From: an uncultured Thermodesulfobacteriota bacterium | GTDB lineage: Bacteria > Desulfobacterota > GWC2-55-46 > JADFVP01 | Reading direction: 5' to 3' | DNA length: 64,000 nt | Assembly: GCA_964472295.1 (NCBI GenBank) | Contig: CAYYJQ010000002.1 | Span: 32,074-96,073, forward strand | Shown here: positions 19,885 to 27,374 of the stretch, piece after piece | Position numbering within the stretch: position 1 is the stretch's first letter | Layout of the letters: each line of letters begins with the position of its first letter | Made by a program: the position numbers and the translations under genes | The notes under the pieces: generated by a model | Seen by the model: the letters and a program-made list of their open reading frames with translations, nothing else | What the model was told of the DNA's origin: nothing | Database searches by the model: none

Positions 19885-20667
19885 TTAGATCCTCGCGAAA
19901 AACCTGTACCAAAAGAGGTATAGGATAAATTTTGTATTACCGATAAGGTATCTTCTCCAGAGGCGCCTCGGCTCCACGGCAAGTCTGCAGAGCCACTCGA
20001 AGCCATTGTCAAGGAGCCACGCCGGCCCCCTTCTCGTCATCTCGCTGATAAAATCAAATAGGCCGCCAACGCCCCAAACAACCTCCACATTCAGGCTCAC
20101 GGCGTACCTGTCTATCCACTTCTCCTGCAGAGGGGCGCCGAAACCCACAAGGAGTATATCGGGCTTTACCCTGTTAATCTCCTTTATGAGTTCACTACAG
20201 TCATTGTGATCAAAGTACCCATGGTGCGTGCCCACGACCTTGAGGCCAGGGGCCTGTTCCTCAAGTCTCCTTGCCGCCTCCTCTGCCACGCCCTCACCGG
20301 CGCCAAGAAGATACACGCTTATGCCCTGCTCCGCATACTCCTTGCAGAAGTCCGCGATAAAGTCCGCCCCCGTCATCCTGCCGGGCAGGCGCACCCCCCA
20401 GAGCCTCGCCCCGAGTACCACACCCACACCGTCTGCGTACACGAGGTCCGCGCTGTTAAGAATCCTCCTGTAGCCCCTGTCCTTGAGGGAAAGGAGTGAG
20501 CAGTCGGCGTTAAGATACATAATCTTTCGGACCTTGCCGTCGCCGGCATACTTTAAAGTCTTCCTGAGAAGGCCCTCCCTGTCAAGAATATCGGTCTTTA
20601 CGCCGAAAACCTCAACCGTATCCCTGGGCTCGCTATCCGCCTCTGACCTGCCACTCACTTCACCCAC
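19885..20667 (-). CDS. WecB/TagA/CpsF-family glycosyltransferase (GT26)
   Basis: LNADCSLLSLKD...YADGVGVV...VYLLGAGEGVAEEAARRL...GYFDHNDCSELIKEINRVKPDILLVGFGAPLQEKW, a characteristic GT26 signature. Confidence 0.8.
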   Translation of the reverse strand: MGEVSGRSEADSEPRDTVEVFGVKTDILDREGLLRKTLKYAGDGKVRKIMYLNADCSLLSLKDRGYRRILNSADLVYADGVGVVLGARLWGVRLPGRMTGADFIADFCKEYAEQGISVYLLGAGEGVAEEAARRLEEQAPGLKVVGTHHGYFDHNDCSELIKEINRVKPDILLVGFGAPLQEKWIDRYAVSLNVEVVWGVGGLFDFISEMTRRGPAWLLDNGFEWLCRLAVEPRRLWRRYLIGNTKFILYLFWYRFFARI

Positions 20668-22211
20668 CCCAGTTTTCGTCCCACGATAGATTCCACTCTT
20701 CTATACTCATCAAGCTTCAGGCAACGGCATACGACAAGAAAAAAGACCCAAGACACAAAGGAGATCAGGGCAATCTCGATTAACTGCACCGGCGTATTTT
20801 GAAGATTCAGGTATCTGGCAAGGATCCCCTTCATGAGCATAATGCTGACCCCCATGAAAAGCGTGGCCACACCTATCTTGAGGATTGAACCAAAGATATG
20901 GGAGATCTCTATGCCGCCAATTCCAGCATTGAGTTTCATGTAAAGCAATAGGGTCGTAAAGACCGAGACGCCCAATGTGGCCATTGGTATGCCGATAATA
21001 CCGAATATATTCATGAGGAGAAAATCCAGCAGGGCATTGAGTATGAGTGCCAGAAAAGTCACCTTGAAGGGGGTCCATGTGTCCCCTGAGGCAAAGAATA
21101 TCCCCGAGAGAATAACGCTTGTGGCGCTGAAGAGAATGGCAAGGCTATAGAAGATGAAGACACCTGAGGCGAGCACGGCCGCGTCCCCGGTAAAGTTGCC
21201 CCTCTGGTAGAGGAGCCGGATTATGGTCTCGCTGAAGTACACGAAAATTAGCACCAGCGGGGCAAGGCCGAAGAGCACGAACCTGATGGCATAGGGGACA
21301 AATTTACGAAGATAATCCATATTACCCTCGGCGACTTCCTTGGAAAGGTGGGGCATAAGGGTCTTGCCGAAGGTGGCAACAGCCAATGAGACGGGCAGTA
21401 AAGTAAGCCTGTAAGTATAGCCCAACACCGAGACCGAACCAGCCCCAAGCATTGAGGCAAATAAACGGTCTATCCCTATTATGCCCCTGTTTACGCCTAT
21501 ACCGCCGGCCCTTGGCCCCATGAGCCTTGCGACATTAATGAACTCTCTTATCCCGGAAAACCTGAACCTCGGAAGGACCCCCGCCTTTAAGAGGGCAAAA
21601 AAGAGGACGATGAGCTGAAGCGCCACCCCTGAGAGAAAACCTGCTACCACGGCCTTTATGCCCCAACGCCCTATGCCCCCGAAGAGGATGAAGGAGATGG
21701 CCCCGAGGTCGGGTAACTGCGCGGCCAGGGCCGGAACTCCAAACCTCTGGAGCGTATAGGAGAGCGCGGCCAGGAAGGCGGCAAGTCCCCCGATAAAGAC
21801 CACGGGGCTCAAGAGTCGGAGCAGGTCCACGGCAAGGAGGTAGGCCTCGGTGGAGAAGCCGGGTGCCAGCAGGGCGACGAGGTAGGGAGCAACAAGATAA
21901 AGTACGACCGCGAGCACGAGCAGGGAGAGAAAGAACCACGTAAAGATATGGTTCGCCGCCTCAACGGCCCTCTCTCGGCCCTCCTTGACATGCTTGGACA
22001 CAAGGTAGGGAACGAGGGAATAAGTGAGAACAGTATCGCCCATGCCCCATATGATGAGCGTTATCCAGACCGATATCATATAGGCGTCCGTAGTGGCGCT
22101 GACGCCGTACTCACGGGCTATTAATATGACCTGCAAGAGACCAAAGACCCCAAGCCCCAACCGGGACAGGAGGTTTATCAATGCGGATCTGCCAAGCCTC
22201 TGTTGTCTCAA
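20655..22211 (-). CDS. MOP-superfamily flippase (MurJ/MviN-like or Wzx-like)
   Basis: Roughly 14 TM helices. MurJ-like N-terminus LLSRLGLGVFGLLQVILIAREYGVSATTDAYMIS. Confidence 0.65.
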   Translation of the reverse strand: MRQQRLGRSALINLLSRLGLGVFGLLQVILIAREYGVSATTDAYMISVWITLIIWGMGDTVLTYSLVPYLVSKHVKEGRERAVEAANHIFTWFFLSLLVLAVVLYLVAPYLVALLAPGFSTEAYLLAVDLLRLLSPVVFIGGLAAFLAALSYTLQRFGVPALAAQLPDLGAISFILFGGIGRWGIKAVVAGFLSGVALQLIVLFFALLKAGVLPRFRFSGIREFINVARLMGPRAGGIGVNRGIIGIDRLFASMLGAGSVSVLGYTYRLTLLPVSLAVATFGKTLMPHLSKEVAEGNMDYLRKFVPYAIRFVLFGLAPLVLIFVYFSETIIRLLYQRGNFTGDAAVLASGVFIFYSLAILFSATSVILSGIFFASGDTWTPFKVTFLALILNALLDFLLMNIFGIIGIPMATLGVSVFTTLLLYMKLNAGIGGIEISHIFGSILKIGVATLFMGVSIMLMKGILARYLNLQNTPVQLIEIALISFVSWVFFLVVCRCLKLDEYRRVESIVGRKLGWVK

Positions 22212-22243
22212 CTCAATGCCCTCTGAAGTTCCTTAACGTCTTT

Positions 22244-23284
22244 TTACTTCTTGTAAAAGCCCAGCTCGGCTGCCCGCTTGTACACCTGTTTACGCTCCTT
22301 CAATATCCTCTCGTAATGCAGGGCATTGGAGGAATCGCACATCCTGCAAGTGGGAAGCCCCGAGAGGTCACGGTCGAGGTGCTTCCTTCTCAGCTCGTTA
22401 AAGGCTTCACTGTGCCAGAGGTCCTCTATACTCGAGTCGTTGAAGTTACCTACAGAGAGGGCGCCGTCTATATCTGCACAACATACGGTGGCGGTCCCGT
22501 CCCAGAATATGAGGAGGCGGTCGAAGAGCTGGTGGCAAGGCCTTACCTTCTCCCTTTCTCCGCGTTCCACGTGCGTAAGGTCCTCGACGTTTCCGTACCT
22601 CCCAACTGGCAGGACGTTTATCTTATCCGCATGAGCGGCCCATAGCTCAAAGACACCGTAGATCTCTTCCTCTGTGTCCTTGCTGAGTATGGTATTAATA
22701 ACCACTCGGGGTTTGTCCCTGCCCATATCGTTACGCATCTTTATCAAGGTCATTATATTATCCCTGACCTGCTCATATTTAGCGTTTACACGGATATTCT
22801 CGTAGGTTTCCCTGCTAGAGCCATCGAAGCTGAAAGTTATGGAGTCAAGCCCTGAATTGATTAGCCCTCTGGCCTTCTCCTCTGTCAAGAGCGTCCCGTT
22901 GCTTGTGAAGTAGACCCATGGCACACCCCTGTCCTTGGCATAGCGGATCATCTCCATGAGCCTGGGGTGCAACATGGACTCACCAAAGCGGTTGAGCTTA
23001 AGAACTGGAACCTTTATCTCCACCGCGTTGTCCACGATCCTCTTGAAGAGCTCCATGCTCATGAATCCGCTCTTACGCGTCATGCCGTCACGATCGCACA
23101 TAACACAGTTGAGGTTACAGACATCGGTAAGCTCGACGTAGACCGTAGGAGGAACTTTGGGAAGGATATGGAATTTTTTCTTTAAGGCCTTGCACGCGGA
23201 GTACAGAGGTTTTGCAAACCTTAGTGCTTTGACTTTTTTTAATTTTTGTATATCGGCAACCATCTCATTAGGCCTCTGATGCAA
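22244..23284 (-). CDS. radical SAM enzyme with C-terminal SPASM/twitch-type auxiliary-cluster domain
   Basis: CNLNCVMC (CX3CX2C) cluster motif. C-terminal Cys-rich region CCADIDG...GLPTCRMC. Confidence 0.8.
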   Translation of the reverse strand: MHQRPNEMVADIQKLKKVKALRFAKPLYSACKALKKKFHILPKVPPTVYVELTDVCNLNCVMCDRDGMTRKSGFMSMELFKRIVDNAVEIKVPVLKLNRFGESMLHPRLMEMIRYAKDRGVPWVYFTSNGTLLTEEKARGLINSGLDSITFSFDGSSRETYENIRVNAKYEQVRDNIMTLIKMRNDMGRDKPRVVINTILSKDTEEEIYGVFELWAAHADKINVLPVGRYGNVEDLTHVERGEREKVRPCHQLFDRLLIFWDGTATVCCADIDGALSVGNFNDSSIEDLWHSEAFNELRRKHLDRDLSGLPTCRMCDSSNALHYERILKERKQVYKRAAELGFYKK

Positions 23285-23313
23285 ACCTGAAAAGGGCGTA
23301 CATCTGTAAGAAG

Positions 23314-25350
23314 TCAGTCCAGAAAACTCTGGAGTATCTCAGGTACATACTCAGCCCGCTTGGTCAAGACGATGCCACTTACTGTACCGCCAGCTTCCCT
23401 TACCTTCTCTACGGCCCCCAAAAGCGAACGTCTGGAGGTCTGATCAGCCTCTACCGTGAGAATGACGCCATCGGCGGCGCGAGCGAGGAGAAGGGCATCT
23501 CTGAACCCCGTGGTGCACGGCGTATCGATAAGGACATATTCGTAATTCTCTCTGGCGTACTTGAGAAGCTCAGTCATCTTATCAGATGCGAGCACCTCGA
23601 AAGGGTCTTTTTTGTTCCTGAGAGGGTCCCCGGCGAATATCACCGCCAGACTGCAGGCACTGACAACAAGACCATCTGCCCCGAGGTCACTGCTGTAGTA
23701 ATCCATGAGCCCCCTTGAGGGCTTGACATCTAAAATCCCTTCGAGCGAGGGGGCCCTCATGTCAGCCTCAACGACAAGAACCTTCTTGCCGCGTTTGGCA
23801 AGGGCCCTTGCGAGAAAGACAGCAGTCGTGCTCTTGCCCTCACCGCGTCCGGGGCTCGAAATGAGATAGATACTGCTCGGCCTCTCCATGTTCTTTAACC
23901 GTATGCTGTCGGCAAGACGCTCGTAAGCGGAGAGTGACCTTGCGAGCACCTTCTCAGTAAGCATCCCCAAAAGCTTGTTGCCACCGGCGTGAGAGCCAGA
24001 GCCTATCATAGAAGCGAACACCTTTTTCCTGTTATAAAAGGGTATCATCGGGATAGCTCCAAGCGCAGGTATCGGCACCTCTGACTCAATATCTTTTAAG
24101 GACGTGAAGGACGTGCTCCAGTACTCAATCAAGAGGACGAAGGCAATGGCGGAGAACAGACTCGCCATAAGGGCCAGCGGTATAGTGATTGCCATCTTTG
24201 GCCAGTCAGGCTTTACATAGGAGTATACCTTCGCGCTGTCCAGGACCTTAATCTCAACATCCCCGACATCCGAGTTCATCAGGGCCTCAATCTCAAGAAT
24301 CTTCCCCTTGAGGGTAGTATAAAGATCCTGATGAACCTTCATGTCCTGGCTGAGCCTATCATACTCCACCTCCTCAAGAGGCAATGCCTTCAAGCGCTCC
24401 TTTATCTTCGGAATAATGGTATTCTTATACTCCTCTATCTTAGCGCCAAGGGCCCTTACCTCTGGATGGTTAACTGACTTTTCTATCCTTAATGACGCCA
24501 GCTGACCTTCCATGTCCTTTAGCTCATTCCCGTACTTATCCAGTCTGTTGAGTAATATCGTGGCCTCCTGATCATAGGAGAGTATGCCTGATTTGATCTT
24601 GTACTTACGGAACCTCTCCTGGGAGTCTTTGAGATTCTTGTCAGCCACGGCCAGCTGAACCTTTGTCGCCTCGAGCATGGAACGTAGCGGCAGTTTGCTG
24701 AGTTCCTTGTTCTTCTCCATAGCCAGCTCTACAAGCTTATTGCTGAGCGCCGTCGCTATCTCGGGAGACTCGCCCCATACCCCGACGTCTATGACTGTGG
24801 TATCCTCTTCAAGTTCTATATCCTCGAGGTCATCGAGCATCTCATCAACTGCCGAGGCAAGGTAGTTATCAGGCTTGTCCTTAAGTACGCCGATGTACTG
24901 CAAAAAGGCAAGGGGTTTGCCGATAAGAAAATCGTAGATATACCCGCGGATTATCTCCTTGACACTCTGCGGATCATTTGTCCTCTGCTCCCAGAGTTTG
25001 TCCCTCTTGAATGACTTGACAAGCTTCTCTGCAAGTTCGCGGCTTGTGAGCATCTGTATTATGTCGTTTGCCGGGTTGACGCCCGAGACCTGTCCGGCTG
25101 GCGTGGTAATGCCCTCGAACATTGAGAGTTGTTGCTTACTGCTGTACTGCACCCGTATCTTCGCCGTGGCCTTCCATGATGTGGTGACAAGGTAGGTCCC
25201 GAAGAGTATCCCCAGGAAGGTAACCCCGCAGACGAGAACGGCAAAATACTTCCTCTTGAACAGTGCATAGAGAAAGCCGTAAAGTATATCTCCCTGCGTC
25301 GATTCACTCTGCACTCTGTTTCCACTTGATGACTGGTTGGCCGGGCTCAT
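23314..25350 (-). CDS. polysaccharide co-polymerase / BY-kinase-like protein (Wzc/EpsG-like)
   Basis: N-terminal Wzz-like region with a TM helix and a second TM helix near residue 430. P-loop SSPGRGEGKSTTAVFLARALAKRGKKVLVVEADMR and Walker-B-like LIDTP. No C-terminal Tyr cluster. Confidence 0.75.
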   Translation of the reverse strand: MSPANQSSSGNRVQSESTQGDILYGFLYALFKRKYFAVLVCGVTFLGILFGTYLVTTSWKATAKIRVQYSSKQQLSMFEGITTPAGQVSGVNPANDIIQMLTSRELAEKLVKSFKRDKLWEQRTNDPQSVKEIIRGYIYDFLIGKPLAFLQYIGVLKDKPDNYLASAVDEMLDDLEDIELEEDTTVIDVGVWGESPEIATALSNKLVELAMEKNKELSKLPLRSMLEATKVQLAVADKNLKDSQERFRKYKIKSGILSYDQEATILLNRLDKYGNELKDMEGQLASLRIEKSVNHPEVRALGAKIEEYKNTIIPKIKERLKALPLEEVEYDRLSQDMKVHQDLYTTLKGKILEIEALMNSDVGDVEIKVLDSAKVYSYVKPDWPKMAITIPLALMASLFSAIAFVLLIEYWSTSFTSLKDIESEVPIPALGAIPMIPFYNRKKVFASMIGSGSHAGGNKLLGMLTEKVLARSLSAYERLADSIRLKNMERPSSIYLISSPGRGEGKSTTAVFLARALAKRGKKVLVVEADMRAPSLEGILDVKPSRGLMDYYSSDLGADGLVVSACSLAVIFAGDPLRNKKDPFEVLASDKMTELLKYARENYEYVLIDTPCTTGFRDALLLARAADGVILTVEADQTSRRSLLGAVEKVREAGGTVSGIVLTKRAEYVPEILQSFLD

Positions 25351-25409
25351 AATATATGCCTCATTTAACTACTCTCCTACAAGGTTTTGGATGTGCTATC
25401 TTGTAATGG

Positions 25410-25529
25410 TCAGAACTTTACGATCTTTAAGACCAGAAAAGAGAAGAAGGCCACCAGTCCTGTCCACGACGCAAAGAAAGCCGCTATTATAAAGAACCTC
25501 AGGTATCGCTGAAACTTGTTATCGTCCAT
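25410..25529 (-). CDS. candidate small single-TM protein (39 aa)
   Basis: Below the ORF-track length cutoff. Minus-strand ATG at 25529..25527 gives MDDNKFQRYLRFFIIAAFFASWTGLVAFFSFLVLKIVKF and ends at a stop at 25412..25410. AGGAAAAGG lies 5' of the start. It sits between the Wza-like and Wzc-like genes. Confidence 0.25.
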   Translation of the reverse strand: MDDNKFQRYLRFFIIAAFFASWTGLVAFFSFLVLKIVKF

Positions 25530-25589
25530 AGCCTTTTCCTATCACCCGCCCTGACGGGCGCCTTTATCTTATTTACAGCTCTACGTTAA

Positions 25590-26903
25590 TTAACGAAACC
25601 CTAATGACGTTGAAGAGCCCCTTCCCACGCCGGTCTCTATGTGCTGCCCAACCCAGTATCCGGTCTCGAGGTTGAAGAGGGGTTTGAGGATTTTGTCCAG
25701 ATGGTCGAAGAAGCGGTCCACGTTTGAGATAAAGGTTCTCGGGACATATATAATATCGCCCTTTCCAACAACGGGGTTCTGGGAGATATCGCCCTTCGCG
25801 TAGAGCCTCTTGAGATCCAGAACCTGCACGTCCGCAGACTTAGTGGCGCGCCCGCCCTTTATAAGTACGATGCTCCGTTGCTTTGCATCCAAGGTCAGCC
25901 CGCCGGCCATGGCGATGGCGTCAACTACACCAGCCTGCCCGTCAGCAAGGAATACCCCCGGGTGTTGAACCTCGCCGAAGACAAATACCTTGTGCCCGCC
26001 CAGACCGCTCACCTCTACGCCTACCTGCGGGTCGGCGATCCTCTTCGGGGCGCTAATCCTCATAATGTCGAGCGAGACCTGCGGGTCAACTACGATCTTG
26101 GGCATGCCCATTGAAACAAGGTCCACCCCCACCTGCGGGTCCTCTATGAACCCTGAGAGTCCCTCGGTTATCTCCTTCCTTAAATCGCCAAGGCTCTTGC
26201 CTTCGGCGCGTATTTCGCCGACCAGAGGGATGAAGATAACCCCGTCAGGAGGAATGAACATCTTACGGCTGAGTTCTTCCTGATGGTAGACAGTAATTGA
26301 TATTTCGTCCCCTGGCGCAAGGTATGATTTGCGGTACTTGGAAAGCCCGTCTACGATGACCTGCCTTATCTCACGCAAGGACCTACCGTCAGTGTTTATA
26401 TCGCCGACAAGGGGAAAGAATATATGCCCGTCCGAGGGCACGACAATCTCCCTGCTGAATTCATCATGACCGAAGATGGCCACGGAGATCTTGTCCCCAG
26501 GTGACAAGAACTGTTCCTTGCGCTCCGAGAGCCCTTTGGTTATAACACCCCTTAAATCCTTCAGGCTCATTCCTTTCGTATCAATCTCGCCCACTATGGG
26601 GTAAAAAAACTTTCCGTCAGCGGGGATCCTGATTTTACGTGTAAGGTCTTCATGCCCGTAGACAACGATTGAGATTTCGTCTCCGGGAGAAAGCATAAAC
26701 TTGCTGACCCCAAGTTTCTCTGTAAGAGCCCCTCCTGTAGGGGCACCCTCTGCACCGCCTTCCTGGACAGTACCCGGCGGCACGGGAGCGCTATCGCCAT
26801 GCCCCCTGAGTCCCGCGCACCCCTCTATCGCAGAAAGTAACGCGAGCATGAGCAGGAGGGCAAAGATTTTTCCAGTTTTATTCGCCAATTTTTCCTTCAT
26901 CAA
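25590..26903 (-). CDS. outer-membrane polysaccharide export lipoprotein (Wza/OPX family) with three tandem Poly_export-type repeats
   Basis: Signal peptide with Cys, ALLLMLALLSAIEGC. Three consecutive roughly 55-aa repeats LSPGDEISIVVYGHEDLTRKIRIPADGKFFYPIVGEIDTKGMSLKDLRGVITKGL, LSPGDKISVAIFGHDEFSREIVVPSDGHIFFPLVGDINTDGRSLREIRQVIVDGL and LAPGDEISITVYHQEELSRKMFIPPDGVIFIPLVGEIRAEGKSLGDLRKEITEGL. Confidence 0.75.
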   Translation of the reverse strand: MMKEKLANKTGKIFALLLMLALLSAIEGCAGLRGHGDSAPVPPGTVQEGGAEGAPTGGALTEKLGVSKFMLSPGDEISIVVYGHEDLTRKIRIPADGKFFYPIVGEIDTKGMSLKDLRGVITKGLSERKEQFLSPGDKISVAIFGHDEFSREIVVPSDGHIFFPLVGDINTDGRSLREIRQVIVDGLSKYRKSYLAPGDEISITVYHQEELSRKMFIPPDGVIFIPLVGEIRAEGKSLGDLRKEITEGLSGFIEDPQVGVDLVSMGMPKIVVDPQVSLDIMRISAPKRIADPQVGVEVSGLGGHKVFVFGEVQHPGVFLADGQAGVVDAIAMAGGLTLDAKQRSIVLIKGGRATKSADVQVLDLKRLYAKGDISQNPVVGKGDIIYVPRTFISNVDRFFDHLDKILKPLFNLETGYWVGQHIETGVGRGSSTSLGFR

Positions 26904-27374
26904 TAAGCACCAGTTTTTTAGAGACCTCTCGGATGAAACTTAAAATATCCTTTATTCTTTATCCCAGCCCATTTATATTAATTTCTCACACACCTCACAT
27001 CGTTACACCCTGGCAACCCGGCCATGAAAGACTATCTCCCCACATACATACCAGCCCCACTTATGCCCTCTCGTTCCAGGCGCTCAGGCACCCAGCCACA
27101 AAAACCGTCCCTACCTCCCCCGCCCCCCTGCCCTCTTTAACCACAAAGGTGCAAAGCAGGGTCTTGCCGATATTACCAGCACCCCTCATGTACCAGGACC
27201 TCACCCCGTCCCGCCCAATCCCAAGCGGTACTGGGCCGACCAGGATCATATCACAGATGAAGACGTTGAATAAGCGCGTAAAGCGCTACGATAAGCCCAA
27301 ATCACCTGTCACCAGACTTCAGAGCCCCCGTGAGAAGGAAGCTCTTTAGAACACCATTTGCTGTACCCCTATTC

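Noticed and set aside
22244-23284. Radical SAM/SPASM as a RiPP maturase
   Set aside because: No candidate precursor-peptide ORF lies on either side. The gaps are 30 nt or less, and it is embedded in a co-directional polysaccharide operon.
22244-23284. Radical SAM as anaerobic sulfatase-maturating enzyme for the sulfatase-like domain at 39648..43298
   Set aside because: That domain has T-I-P-S-H where the formylglycine target C/S-x-P-x-R should be. The Fe-S cluster motif starts about 55 residues in, whereas anSMEs have it at about 15. No Cys/Ser-type sulfatase is seen in the window.
26933-27349. Proline-rich 138-aa plus-strand ORF in the 471-nt spacer
   Set aside because: It is on the wrong strand for the surrounding operon. 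Its composition is extremely Pro/Ser/Thr-rich, it has no start context, and it coincides with the C-rich strand of a G-tract region.
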